Shown piece after piece: positions 19,185 through 29,538 of a stretch of DNA of 64,000 bases (positions are counted from its first letter, which is position 1; each line of letters opens with the position of its first letter). This DNA is from Spirochaetia bacterium. Lineage in GTDB: Bacteria; Spirochaetota; Spirochaetia; SP-2023. A program made the translations under genes and the position numbers. The stretch lies in the NCBI GenBank assembly GCA_965263295.1, contig OZ253665.1:1152001-1216000 (forward strand), read 5' to 3'. The notes beneath the pieces are model-generated. The model saw nothing but the letters and a program-made list of their open reading frames with translations. It made no database searches and was not told the DNA's origin.

Positions 19185-20525
19185 ATGCTTAAGCGTTCCA
19201 AACTTGGCCGATATAGCCGAAATGAACAAGGCAAGATTATCAGAGTCGCTGATATTTATACCGCAGAAGACCATCAGATCGACATAGCCAAAATTGACAA
19301 GGAAGTTTTTCAGATTGCCGGCCAGTTAAAGGGTCGGGGTTACGGGGCTTATCTGGTGGGCGGCGCTGTTCGCGATCTACTTCTCGGCAGCCGCCCCAAG
19401 GATTTTGACATCGTCACTGATGCTGTACCTTCGGAGATTCGTAGTTTTATTAAAAACTCGCGTATTATTGGCAAACGCTTTCGACTGGTCCATATTTTTT
19501 ATCCGGGAGGCAAAATCATTGAGGTTATTACCTTCCGCGCCCTCGATTCCAGTGCCCACAATCCGCTCTACGGTAGTATCGAAGAAGATGTAAAGCGCAG
19601 GGACTTTACTGTCAATGCCCTGTATTACGACTTGAACAATACACAGATACTTGACTTTGTCGGTGCCATGGCGGATTTTCGAAAGCAGCAGATGCGTAAT
19701 ATTATTCCCTTGCCGCAGATATTCAAGGAAGATCCAGTGCGCATAATTCGTTGTATAAAGTATGCCGCCAAGACAGGTTTCAAGATCCCCCAAAAAATCG
19801 TATTGCAAATTTGCCGCGACTCTAAGTTTTTGTACGAATGTTCTAAATCAAGACTAGCTGAAGAGTTGAGTAAAATCCTCAGCTCGGAACAATGCGCGGA
19901 TATTATCGCCGGCCTACAGCAATATAATATTTTGGAAATATTATTGCCTTGTCTTAATTTTAAGGATTTCCCCAGTGCCTATACTGTAGATTTTTCTCAG
20001 AATATGCGAGAATGGCAAAAACGTTTACAAATTCACCTCCAAGCCTTGGAAGAAGTGGAAGCCATACGCAAGAGGCAGCCGCAGCGCCGCCAGCGCCGAC
20101 GCAGAAAAGAGGAGATGGTCAAGGCTGAGGCATCAATAGAAATTGAAGGTTACTTGGGTAATAATCTCGTTGGTGTGGGCCTGTCATATTTATTTAGTGC
20201 TTATTTTACTTATTCCGGACTGTGGATCCGCTTGTTGGAACTAAGTGGGGAAGAGCGCTGTTTAGAGGCTTATCTCCACATCAAGGAATGTCTGAATGAT
20301 TTGAATATAGCGAATATTGAGGTTTCAACAGCTTGTAAATATTTGTTTGAACGCGAAGGACTGCCCTTTCTACCACGCCTGATCCTGAAAAAATATAGCC
20401 GCTTAGATAGCCTAGGGAGTGCCGGCAATTCAGAGTACTCAAATAGAACATCAGGCCGTCAGCGCCGCAGGCGACACATGGATAACAGGTTGGAAGAAGC
20501 CACAGGAGTTGGCAGTGATCATTAA
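19185..20525 (+). CDS. pcnB: Poly(A) polymerase I
   Basis: YLVGGAVRDLL, KDFDIVT, the PAP-specific signature IIGKRFRLVHI, RRDFTVNAL, EDPVRIIR. Confidence 0.92.
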   Translation: MLKRSKLGRYSRNEQGKIIRVADIYTAEDHQIDIAKIDKEVFQIAGQLKGRGYGAYLVGGAVRDLLLGSRPKDFDIVTDAVPSEIRSFIKNSRIIGKRFRLVHIFYPGGKIIEVITFRALDSSAHNPLYGSIEEDVKRRDFTVNALYYDLNNTQILDFVGAMADFRKQQMRNIIPLPQIFKEDPVRIIRCIKYAAKTGFKIPQKIVLQICRDSKFLYECSKSRLAEELSKILSSEQCADIIAGLQQYNILEILLPCLNFKDFPSAYTVDFSQNMREWQKRLQIHLQALEEVEAIRKRQPQRRQRRRRKEEMVKAEASIEIEGYLGNNLVGVGLSYLFSAYFTYSGLWIRLLELSGEERCLEAYLHIKECLNDLNIANIEVSTACKYLFEREGLPFLPRLILKKYSRLDSLGSAGNSEYSNRTSGRQRRRRHMDNRLEEATGVGSDH

Positions 20526-20555
20526 AAACAGTGTGTACGGATCGGAAGGCGAGCT

Positions 20556-21755
20556 ATGCAAGCCGCAGCAAATATAGAAGCTCGCTCACAGCACTATCTG
20601 CGCGAAGTTTTTGGCCTCAAGCCCGAGCGTGAGGTTGTGGTGCTGCTCTCTGGCGGTGTCGACAGCTCTGTGGTACTGGCTATTCTGCGGCGCTACGGTT
20701 GTCAGAATATTTCCGCGTATTATTTGAAAATATGGTTTCAAGAAGATGCCCATTTCTTGGGTGATTGTCCTTGGGAAGCCGATCTCCATTATGCCGCTGC
20801 AGTTTGCGAACAGTTTGATGTGCCACTGCATGTCCTGCCTATGCAACAGGAATATTATCAGCATGTCGTCGAATACACCTTGAATGAACTGCGCCGTGGC
20901 CATACGCCCAGCCCCGACTTGTTCTGCAATCAATTCGTCAAATTTGGCGCTTTTTGCGACTTCTTGCGACAGCGTTACCAAGGAAGACCAATTCCCCTGA
21001 TTGCCAGCGGCCATTACGCCTTACTTCGCCCTTGGGCGGAAAGCGGGGAAGTCCTTTTGCAGCAGGCGCCCGACTTGGTCAAGGATCAGAGTTACTTCCT
21101 TGCGCGCCTGTCTCAGCAGCAGCTGCAGGGCTTGCTCTTCCCTTTAGGTTGTCTGCAGAAGTTTGAGGTCCGCCAACTCGCCGAAGCGTGGGGTCTGGCG
21201 ACAGCTCGGCGCAAGGATAGTCAGGGCATTTGCTTCTTGGGTAAGGTGAAGTTCCGCGATTTTGCTTTTCATTATCTCGGCCACAGAGCGGGGCCCATCC
21301 TGGACTTTGACAGCGATAATGTTCTGGGAGAGCATCAGGGCCTTTGGTTCTATACCATCGGTCAGCGGCAGGGATTGGGCCTGGGCTCAGGGCCCTGGTT
21401 TGTCTATAGCAAAGACATGGACAAAGATATTCTCTATGTGCGTCATGCGGACAAGTTGTCTGAGTCAGCCAGCCAGTCTTGTGAGCAATTTCACATCGCC
21501 GAGCCGAGCTGGCTGCAAAGTCGCGCGGCTTGGGACTTGTTGCGGCGGCGGCGACCCAAAGGTCGGCTGCGGCTGAAACTGCGTCATGGTCCAGTTAAAA
21601 TCCCCTGTGAGCTGGAGCGCTCTGGCGCCGGCTGGCGTGTGCGCATGGAAAGTGGCGATCGCGGGGTAGCGCCTGGCCAGTTCGCCATATTTTACTGGGA
21701 TGAAGTCTGTTTAGGTAGCGCTGGCATTACTCAGCCTGAGCTTTGCCATGAGTAA
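20556..21755 (+). CDS. mnmA: tRNA 2-thiouridine(34) synthase
   Basis: SGGVDSSV, PDLFCNQFVKF, ASGHYA, KDQSYFL, KDSQGICFLG, YTIGQRQGL, VAPGQ. Confidence 0.97.
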   Translation: MQAAANIEARSQHYLREVFGLKPEREVVVLLSGGVDSSVVLAILRRYGCQNISAYYLKIWFQEDAHFLGDCPWEADLHYAAAVCEQFDVPLHVLPMQQEYYQHVVEYTLNELRRGHTPSPDLFCNQFVKFGAFCDFLRQRYQGRPIPLIASGHYALLRPWAESGEVLLQQAPDLVKDQSYFLARLSQQQLQGLLFPLGCLQKFEVRQLAEAWGLATARRKDSQGICFLGKVKFRDFAFHYLGHRAGPILDFDSDNVLGEHQGLWFYTIGQRQGLGLGSGPWFVYSKDMDKDILYVRHADKLSESASQSCEQFHIAEPSWLQSRAAWDLLRRRRPKGRLRLKLRHGPVKIPCELERSGAGWRVRMESGDRGVAPGQFAIFYWDEVCLGSAGITQPELCHE

Positions 21756-22239
21756 AGTGCAGCTAAAAGTTGTATTATTTCAACCAGAAATTCCACATAA
21801 TGCCGGAGCCGCCATTCGGCTATGTGCCGGTATGAACGCAGAATTACACCTGATCCGTCCTCTCGGTTTTAGCGTTAGCGACAAGCATCTAAGACGCGTG
21901 GCTTTGGGTTATCATGAAGTCTTAAACCCGACACTGCACAGTGACATGAGCCAGTTCCTCGACTCTGTGACACAAGATGAGGAACTTTACTTGTTTTCCA
22001 GTAAGGCCAGGCGACAGTTGGATCAAATTAAAATAGGCAGGCGATCGGCTCTGCTGTTTGGCTCTGAGAGTCAGGGTTTTAAAGCTGTGCCTGCGGCAAC
22101 TCAGCTTCGTTTGGCGCAGCGAGCTCGCAGCGTAAAAATTCTTCAAGCTCCTGGCTTTCGTTGCCATAACCTCAGTAATAGTATTGCCATGGGGGCATAT
22201 GAGGTCATGCGGCAATGGAATTTTCCGGGGTTGTGTTGA
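21748..22239 (+). CDS. trmL: tRNA (cytidine(34)-2'-O)-methyltransferase
   Basis: VLFQPEIPHNAGAAIRLC, LHLIRPLGF, LLFGSESQG, NLSNS, YEVMRQ. Confidence 0.9.
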   Translation: MSKVQLKVVLFQPEIPHNAGAAIRLCAGMNAELHLIRPLGFSVSDKHLRRVALGYHEVLNPTLHSDMSQFLDSVTQDEELYLFSSKARRQLDQIKIGRRSALLFGSESQGFKAVPAATQLRLAQRARSVKILQAPGFRCHNLSNSIAMGAYEVMRQWNFPGLC

Positions 22240-22372
22240 TTTTAGTACGGCGTGATCGCAGAAATAATAATTGAAGAAATAATATTTCTGATTTACCCTT
22301 AAAGTACGAGAGGCAGACAGAACGACTAAAAAACAGTAAAATTGTCTTAAATTCATGTGGGAGGATGCTGCA

Positions 22373-23005
22373 ATGAATATAATGCTTTTAGGGACACCAG
22401 GATCTGGCAAGGGTACTTTGGCCCAGAGCTTAAGTGCTGAGATTAAAGTCCCACATATTTCTACGGGAGATATATTTCGCGCCGCCATTCGCAAACAGAC
22501 CAAGCTGGGACTTGAAGTTAAGGCCATTCTGGCCTCAGGCAAGCTGGTTTCCGACGAGTTGACCTGTAGTATTGTCTTTGAGCGCCTCCAGGAAGCGGAT
22601 GCCCAGCGGGGCTTCATCCTTGACGGCTTCCCACGCACTATTCCTCAGGCCCAGAACTTCGATCAGAAGCTGCAACTAGACGCCGTGTTGCTGCTTGAGT
22701 TAGATGAAGAGACTAACATCAAGCGTTTGACCGAGCGCCTGATCTGCCCAGACTGCGGTGAAATCTATCACTTAAGTTTTCGTCCCACCCGAGTCAAAGG
22801 CGTTTGCGATAAATGTGGCGGGAAGCCCAAGCAGCGCCCGGATGATCATATTGACGTGGTACACAAGCGCCTGAATGAGTATGAACGACAGACAGCCCCG
22901 TTAATCAACCACTATGAAGGTCTAGGCAAAATCAGGCGTTTTAGTGCTTTACAAAGCCCAGCCGAGCTACTTGCTACCGTACAGGGCTTGCTGAAAAACC
23001 TCTAG
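22373..23005 (+). CDS. adk: Adenylate kinase (Zn-binding LID)
   Basis: GTPGSGKGT, HISTGDIFR, GFILDGFPRT, CPDCG...CDKCG, QRPDD. GGAGG precedes ATG 22373. Confidence 0.97.
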   Translation: MNIMLLGTPGSGKGTLAQSLSAEIKVPHISTGDIFRAAIRKQTKLGLEVKAILASGKLVSDELTCSIVFERLQEADAQRGFILDGFPRTIPQAQNFDQKLQLDAVLLLELDEETNIKRLTERLICPDCGEIYHLSFRPTRVKGVCDKCGGKPKQRPDDHIDVVHKRLNEYERQTAPLINHYEGLGKIRRFSALQSPAELLATVQGLLKNL

Positions 23006-23061
23006 AAAACCGTCAGCTGCCATCCGGATCTGACGGCAAAGCAAATCGGAAGGGGAAAATC

Positions 23062-24828
23062 TTGTCTGATCCAGCTCGCGGTTTTACTCAAATGCTGCAA
23101 CAAGACTTGCAGACGCAGCTCAATACATGCTTGGTCCGTTTTGAGTACGATGTCAGTCGGCGCCTGGGACAGAATACTTTGCAGAAATTACAGAAGAATG
23201 GTTTAGATTTATTGCGCAGTGGTCGGGAGACATTGCAATGCTTGTTTGAAGAACTTCACCGCGCCTTTGGTTTGGCGCAAGGTGCATACAGTTTGGAGTT
23301 CTCGTGGGATAGTGGCCGTTATCGCAATGCCGACCGTCCTCGCTACGTTGAAGATGGCTATATCAAATTGCATCTGCCAGAACGCCAGATTTATCGCTAC
23401 CTGTTACAACAAAAGAGTAGTTATAAAGTCATGTCTGAACTCCTGACCGATCACGTTATTCGCTACATTGAAAAGGCTTACTACCGCATTGAACAACATT
23501 GGCAGGCATTCCAGAGCCATTATATGGTCATGGATGCTCGGAAACCCGTAAGTGCTGCAGATCAATCTGAAGATTGGCCCACAAAAAATTCTACTCAATA
23601 TAGCCGGCAGCATAATATTTCGCTGGATGAGGGCGAGATGACTGACTCCGTCATTGACGACAATCCCACTCCGTCAGATACTCCGCCGGCAGCCATGGAC
23701 ATTCCCCAAGGTGTCCAGAAGGCGACAATTGGCGACACGGCAGCCCAGATTGCGCAGAGGCATCGACGTATTCAACAACTTCAGGTCATTGGACGGGCCT
23801 TCTGGCAAGACAATTTCACATTTGCCTTGGCCCAACTGTTTCTGGACCTGCCGGGGGGGGGCCAAAGGCCTCCCACGGAATTTAGCTCTAGTGGGAATGC
23901 TGCGAGAAGCTTTTATAACTCGGCGGGGCAGGCTTGGGCGGCCTTTCCGGCACAGGCGCGGCAACAAATCGCGTTTGCGCCGTATTACATTGCATTGATG
24001 CAAGAACTGGAATCTCGTTGTAACTTGGCGCAACAACGTCAGAACTTGCTGCAAAATTTGCGCAATCTATTTGAACAAAGCTTGACGACGGCGAAGTTCC
24101 CATTGCAAGGCTTGCAGAATAGAGCTGTGGCGGATAATGGCACGGATGGCAACGATAACGAGTTTTTCTACAGCGAGTATCCAGATATTCAGTCCAGTGC
24201 AAGTGCCGGAGATTTGCCAGATGAATTGGCCCATCTCTGTTTGCGTTATGCCAGTGAAAATTATCTTGAGCGCGCGCAGCTTGAACTTGAAGAGAAATTT
24301 ATTGCCTTGTCACAGCGCATTCAGCGCTTTTTTTCTGTCGTTAGACACAGGACTCGCTTTAAGTGGTTGCAGGCTCTACCGTTTCTTTTACAACGTTTTG
24401 TGTTTCGCTCGCGCCAGTATAGATCAAAGGAAGCCCAAGGAAGTTCCCAAGGAGCTTCCCAGGGAGCTTTACGGCTAGAGCACAATGCGGCCGTGGACAA
24501 ATTGTTAAATGAGCTTGGCGAAGAGCGGGGGCAGCAGCATCGCAATTATGAGTTGCGACTGCTGCTGGAGCAGCTGCGGAAGGCGGATATCGCCCTGCAA
24601 TACCAGTTACAGTTCCATGCCAATCGCAGGCACTATAAGTTGTTTAAAGAACTGCAACAATTGCGCCGTCAATTACTGGGGCTGTATTACCAGGGCGCGA
24701 GACGCAGCGAGGCCGGTATTGAGCTTGTGGCGCATTACCGCACAGTGCACAATCGCCGTGAGACGGCTTTGCGACTCGAACAGTTGTTGCAGGAATTTCG
24801 CGCCAACTGCCGGCTGCTTAATTGGTGA
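23062..24828 (+). CDS. Hypothetical protein (588 aa, Gln/Leu/Arg-rich, probably helical)
   Basis: Long ORF filling the space between adk and purL; no motif recognised. Confidence 0.7.
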   Translation: MSDPARGFTQMLQQDLQTQLNTCLVRFEYDVSRRLGQNTLQKLQKNGLDLLRSGRETLQCLFEELHRAFGLAQGAYSLEFSWDSGRYRNADRPRYVEDGYIKLHLPERQIYRYLLQQKSSYKVMSELLTDHVIRYIEKAYYRIEQHWQAFQSHYMVMDARKPVSAADQSEDWPTKNSTQYSRQHNISLDEGEMTDSVIDDNPTPSDTPPAAMDIPQGVQKATIGDTAAQIAQRHRRIQQLQVIGRAFWQDNFTFALAQLFLDLPGGGQRPPTEFSSSGNAARSFYNSAGQAWAAFPAQARQQIAFAPYYIALMQELESRCNLAQQRQNLLQNLRNLFEQSLTTAKFPLQGLQNRAVADNGTDGNDNEFFYSEYPDIQSSASAGDLPDELAHLCLRYASENYLERAQLELEEKFIALSQRIQRFFSVVRHRTRFKWLQALPFLLQRFVFRSRQYRSKEAQGSSQGASQGALRLEHNAAVDKLLNELGEERGQQHRNYELRLLLEQLRKADIALQYQLQFHANRRHYKLFKELQQLRRQLLGLYYQGARRSEAGIELVAHYRTVHNRRETALRLEQLLQEFRANCRLLNW

Positions 24829-24863
24829 TAGAATTTGCAAACGAGGGGACAGCGTTGTTGGCT

Positions 24864-27800
24864 TTAAAGAAAATATTCCAAGCCGTTGCGGAAGATATCC
24901 TGATTTAGGGAAAACTGCGCCCGATCGTGCGGCATATTGCGGTACAGCATCGGTCCCTGGCGCTCGGAGTGGGCCATCTTGCCAAGAATACGGCCATCGG
25001 CAGAACACAGGGCTTCAATTCCGGCGAAAGAGCCGTTGACATCGCGGTGATAGACAGCTGCGACTTGTCGTTTTGAAAGCAGTTGTTGCAGTAAGGCTTC
25101 GGGTAACTGCAGTCGGCCCTCTCCGTGGGAGATCGGCAGTAGAAAGTCCTTGCCGCTCATGTGAGAAAGCCAGGGAGAAGGGGTCGGACAAACGCGGCAC
25201 AGTTCCAGATCGGCGATGTGGCGCCCCTGGCGATTGCGCATAATATTTAAGCCTTCGCGGCCATAGGCCGCCCCTTGGCACCATTCGCGGCCATACGGCA
25301 ACAGCCCGCTTTTAATCAGCGCCTGAAAACCGTTGCAAATACCGAGTATCAAGCCTTCGTCGCACAGCAGCTGGTCAATGGCACGAGCAATTTGCGGTTC
25401 CCGCAGCACGGAGGCGATGAACTTGGCGCTACCGTCTGGCTCATCGCCCGCACTGAAGCCGCCGGGCAAGGCCAGAATTTGCGCCCCTTCCAGCTCACGG
25501 GAAAGTTGGGCCAAGGATTCCTGTAGGTGTTTTGCGCTCAGCAAATTGATAATAGGACTACATTGCTCTAGTTGCAGCCATTTTCCGCCGCGCCGCAATT
25601 GAGCTGCGGCGCAGGCAAAGGCTTGCTGCATGTCGTCTTCACTGTTGCTGCCGGGGAAAACAGGAACCACCAAGCGGATTTTCCGGCGCTTGCCTCTCGC
25701 ATAGATTGAAGGGGCTGGCGCAGGCCGGCTGCGGGCTTGCGCCAGTAGCTCCTGTTGGAGTTTGCCACAACGCTTGCCCTGTTTATCATCGCCTTCTTCT
25801 GGACGGAGCTGCTTTGGAGCGTCGGCCTCAAGTGGGTAGTAGCCGACTTCGTTTTCGTAACGGCACCAAGCCCGGTAGGCCGGCGAACGGGCATCCAGGG
25901 CTAGCCTGCCACCAGCGAAGAAAATGGCCTCATCGCCCAGGCGACAGTCCTCAAGGTGCCCCAAGTCCCGCAGCCAAGGACAATCTGGCAGAGGCTGCGA
26001 ACTGGCCAGCAATACAGCGCTAAAACTCGGATCGGCCGCATATGGCTGCCAATAATTAGTTTCCCATATTTTTAAAATTATGCGTTTGGGCGTTGAGCCA
26101 AAGGCAAAAAGAGCCATGGCAGCGGCGATGCCCTCAATTCCGATCAAACGGGCCGCAACTTGGATATCGCTGTGTTGCTTCAAGATTTCCAGATAACTCC
26201 AGTATTCTGCAATCCGCTCGTAGTCTGGATTCTGCAGTAGCGGGAGATTGTCTGCGGGCTGGCCGAGCAGATAGAGGTGGCGGGCGCCAGCTTGCCAGTT
26301 CGCGGCACGCAGTGCACTGCAGGGCGCCGTACTGACTGAAAAGGAGCACAAAACTGGCGGGACCTGTAGCTCTTCAAAGTTGCCGCTCATGCTATCCTTG
26401 CCGCCGATGGCCGCAAGGCCAAGTTTGTGCTGGGCCTGCAGGGCACCGAGCAAAGCGGCACTAGCCTGCCCCCAGAGTTCTGCACTTTCTAGACGCGGGA
26501 AATATTCCTGTAGCGACAGGTAGCTATCGCCGCGCTCAGCGCCGGCGGCCAGCAATTTGCCAACGGACTGAACGATGGCGACTTGGGCACCGAGGAAACT
26601 GTTATGACAGCTCAAGTGCGCATCGTAGGCGAAACTAAGCAGCGACACACTGCGCGACTCAGTGTGCCGGTAGTCATCGTCATTTGTTTGAAGTTTTCTC
26701 GCCTGGCTCCAATAATGCAGCGGGATTGTTTGAGCGGATACTTCGCTGCGGCCATGCGTAACCGCGGCGGCGGCTTCAGCCGCCTGAGGCGCATACGGAT
26801 AGGGCTGGAACACAGTTGACGCCCCTACGCTACTGTCAAACATGTTTTGCAGGCCCCTCTGGCTGGCGACCTGAGGCTGTGCCAAAATCTGGCACAAGGC
26901 CCTTTCTCGATCTTGCGCCCATCTTTGTCCTTGGACTTGCTGCGGGTCGATATCCCGAATTAGATCGGCCGCCAATATAGACGGCTGGTAAGGCCTCAGA
27001 TAACTGTTGTCGAAACAGACCTTGGCACTGCGGGCAAAACCAGCACTCTCGAGGAAGTCGCGCTGTAGCTTGGCAACTTCTTCTGTATGATAGAGCAGGC
27101 GCAATCGGGCTCGCCCGCCTCCTTGCTCTCCTTCTTTCCCTCCCTTCACCCCGTTTTTCCCCCCGCCTTGAACCTGACCCAGCTGCACGACAGAAATCCC
27201 CTCGCTCTCAGCTTTTTGGCGGAACTCCTCCCAGCGACTGGCATCGATAACCACAGCCATTCTCTCCTGGGACTCGGAAACGGCGAGTTCGGCCGGCATA
27301 AGCCCGCCGTATTTAGTCGGCATGGCCGAGAGCTCAATTTCAAGGCTCTCGGCAATCTCGCCAACAGCCACGGCAAGCCCGCCGGCACCAAAGTCATTGC
27401 AACGTTTAATCAGATTTCCGACATCCTGACGGCGGAAAAAGCGCTGGAGTTTGCGCTCCTCAATCGGATTGCCACGTTGGACTTCGGCACTGCTGCCCGC
27501 GACAGTCAGGCTGTCGTGGGCAGCGCTAGAGCCAGAGGCGCCACCGATGCCGTCGCGGCCTGTAGGCCCGCCGAGCAACAAGACCAGATCGCCCGGACGG
27601 GGTTCCAGGCGCCTGACTTGCCGCGGATCAGCGACTCCGACGGCCACACCGCATTCAAATCGCTTGGCCTCAAAGCCGGGGTGGTAGATTTCGCGCACTA
27701 GGTTGTTGGCCAGGCCAATACAGTTGCCGTAGTCAGAAAATCCGCGCGCGGCTTCAGCGGCGATCTTGCGTTGGGGCAGTTTGCCGGGCCGCGCTTGATT

Positions 27801-29105
27801 CAGCTCCTGGTCCGGACTGGCAGCTCCGCTCAGGCGCATCGACTGGTAGACAAAACTACGCCCAGAAAGTGGATCGCGTATAGCGCCCCCCAAACACGTA
27901 GCAGCGCCACCGTAAGGTTCTATTTCTGTCGGGTGATTGTGAGTTTCGTTCTTAAACATCAGCAGGCGGCGGTGTTTTTGCCCCACGGCATCTTCTACGT
28001 CGACAAAGATCGAGCAGGCATTCACTTCGGCACTAATTTCTACCGCGTCCATATAAGCCGATTTACCGCTCGCCTGCAGTTTCTTTCTGATGGCTTGAGC
28101 ACCTAAAACAGCGATGTCCATCAAGCATTCCGTCTTGTGACTGATTCCGCATTGCTGGCGCAGCTCGCGATACAACTGGAATGCCTGTCGCAGCTCTAGG
28201 GGAGCGGTGGCCAGCGATGCCTTCTGCCACTGGAGCTCTGTGTTAAAGGTGGTATGGCGGCAATGGTCCGACCAGTAGGCTTCGAGGACTCGCAATTCAG
28301 TCAGGCTAGGTTCGCGCGGATTCTCTAGAGTGCGAAGTCCGGGTAGTTCTCCCCCTCCATAATAAGCATGAATATAGGCGAGACTGGCATCGTCAAAACG
28401 CAGCCCAATTCTGTCGGCCCAAGCGCGGAGCTGACTGGCTTCGGGCCGCAGAGACAGCAAGGAGGGCAAGATAGGCCCTTGTGCCGTCTCTTTTGCCAAG
28501 CTTGTTGCTCCTGCCTGGCTGCGGGCACTGTAGGAAAACTGAGCTAAATTTTTGACTTGCCGCTCTAAGGGTGCCCATAAATAACGGTGGGCAGAATTTA
28601 GACTCTGGGGTTGCAGACGACCCGCCCGACCTCGTAACCAGTACAGCCAGAAACAGCGGACGCTCCGCAGCTGCATCTTGGTTTGCGCCGGCAACCTCTG
28701 GGCCCATAGACTCCAGCAATCCCAAACGGCTTGCGCACGGGGGTCAAATTGGACGGCCAGGCTTTCATAACAAAGGAAATCAAAATCCCCCGGTGGGCAG
28801 CCCGTAGTTGTATTTTGCTCAACCCATTCTTGCCAGGAATTTTGCTCCGTCGAGGCGTCACTGAATTTTTGAATAAGATGCACTTCACTTACGGGATCAG
28901 CGAGGTGCAATGTGCAAAACTCTGCCAGCAAATGATCAAGTTCCGGACCCGCTATCTGCGAATTTAGGCTCAGGTCATAGCCCTGGATTTCATCTAGCGC
29001 GATCAGCTCGTTCAAGCCTACATAACTTTTCAAATCATGTAGTCGACTACTTGCCTGGCCATTATCAGGATTGTAGACGAAAACACGGAAATTCTGCTGG
29101 AACAT
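24864..29105 (-). CDS. purL: Phosphoribosylformylglycinamidine synthase (large fused form)
   Basis: YWSDHCRHTTF, FKNETHNHPTEIEPYGGAATCLGGAIRDPLSGR, GRDGIGGA, DFGAGG, SESQERM, IGGKDSMSG, GGFSAGDEPDG, LGICNGFQ, MAHSER. Confidence 0.97.
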   Translation of the reverse strand: MFQQNFRVFVYNPDNGQASSRLHDLKSYVGLNELIALDEIQGYDLSLNSQIAGPELDHLLAEFCTLHLADPVSEVHLIQKFSDASTEQNSWQEWVEQNTTTGCPPGDFDFLCYESLAVQFDPRAQAVWDCWSLWAQRLPAQTKMQLRSVRCFWLYWLRGRAGRLQPQSLNSAHRYLWAPLERQVKNLAQFSYSARSQAGATSLAKETAQGPILPSLLSLRPEASQLRAWADRIGLRFDDASLAYIHAYYGGGELPGLRTLENPREPSLTELRVLEAYWSDHCRHTTFNTELQWQKASLATAPLELRQAFQLYRELRQQCGISHKTECLMDIAVLGAQAIRKKLQASGKSAYMDAVEISAEVNACSIFVDVEDAVGQKHRRLLMFKNETHNHPTEIEPYGGAATCLGGAIRDPLSGRSFVYQSMRLSGAASPDQELNQARPGKLPQRKIAAEAARGFSDYGNCIGLANNLVREIYHPGFEAKRFECGVAVGVADPRQVRRLEPRPGDLVLLLGGPTGRDGIGGASGSSAAHDSLTVAGSSAEVQRGNPIEERKLQRFFRRQDVGNLIKRCNDFGAGGLAVAVGEIAESLEIELSAMPTKYGGLMPAELAVSESQERMAVVIDASRWEEFRQKAESEGISVVQLGQVQGGGKNGVKGGKEGEQGGGRARLRLLYHTEEVAKLQRDFLESAGFARSAKVCFDNSYLRPYQPSILAADLIRDIDPQQVQGQRWAQDRERALCQILAQPQVASQRGLQNMFDSSVGASTVFQPYPYAPQAAEAAAAVTHGRSEVSAQTIPLHYWSQARKLQTNDDDYRHTESRSVSLLSFAYDAHLSCHNSFLGAQVAIVQSVGKLLAAGAERGDSYLSLQEYFPRLESAELWGQASAALLGALQAQHKLGLAAIGGKDSMSGNFEELQVPPVLCSFSVSTAPCSALRAANWQAGARHLYLLGQPADNLPLLQNPDYERIAEYWSYLEILKQHSDIQVAARLIGIEGIAAAMALFAFGSTPKRIILKIWETNYWQPYAADPSFSAVLLASSQPLPDCPWLRDLGHLEDCRLGDEAIFFAGGRLALDARSPAYRAWCRYENEVGYYPLEADAPKQLRPEEGDDKQGKRCGKLQQELLAQARSRPAPAPSIYARGKRRKIRLVVPVFPGSNSEDDMQQAFACAAAQLRRGGKWLQLEQCSPIINLLSAKHLQESLAQLSRELEGAQILALPGGFSAGDEPDGSAKFIASVLREPQIARAIDQLLCDEGLILGICNGFQALIKSGLLPYGREWCQGAAYGREGLNIMRNRQGRHIADLELCRVCPTPSPWLSHMSGKDFLLPISHGEGRLQLPEALLQQLLSKRQVAAVYHRDVNGSFAGIEALCSADGRILGKMAHSERQGPMLYRNMPHDRAQFSLNQDIFRNGLEYFL

Positions 29106-29538
29106 GGGCGATGATTTCCTTCCTTAATTAAACGTAGTCAATTCACCTTTCGTTGAGCGAAGATTTTTTTCAGGAGCAAAAATGCGGGTATTGAATTGTT
29201 CTAATCCAATGTTGGCATTGACTTTGGCGGCAATTCTACCGGCACCTGCCCTAAATCGCAAGACTTGCACTCCCCAAAGCATCTTAGCCGGTACATTCGC
29301 TTGTACCGTGGCGATCCTCTATATAATAATGTAAGGATAATGTAAGGATCGGCTCTAAGGGCAGTCGCCGTGTTCTGAGTTTGCCGCATCCTTTGAGATT
29401 GTCCGGCTGCTTGAAGCTGAATTTGACAAAGTTAAAAAGGCCAGTAAAAGCACATAAGGCCATTTGCAAAATGGCACAAATATCATAAAATAAGCCATTG
29501 CATTATAGCAACCCTGTAATTTTCTAGAAATAGATACT

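Noticed and set aside
19185..20525. CCA-adding enzyme (the tRNA-Gln here lacks an encoded CCA)
   Set aside because: The protein carries the poly(A) polymerase signature IIGKRFRLVHI, so CCA addition is probably encoded elsewhere.
29106..29538. ZTP or other riboswitch upstream of purL
   Set aside because: Only scattered fragments (GACTG, GGGGAG, GGGCA), without the required order or pairing.
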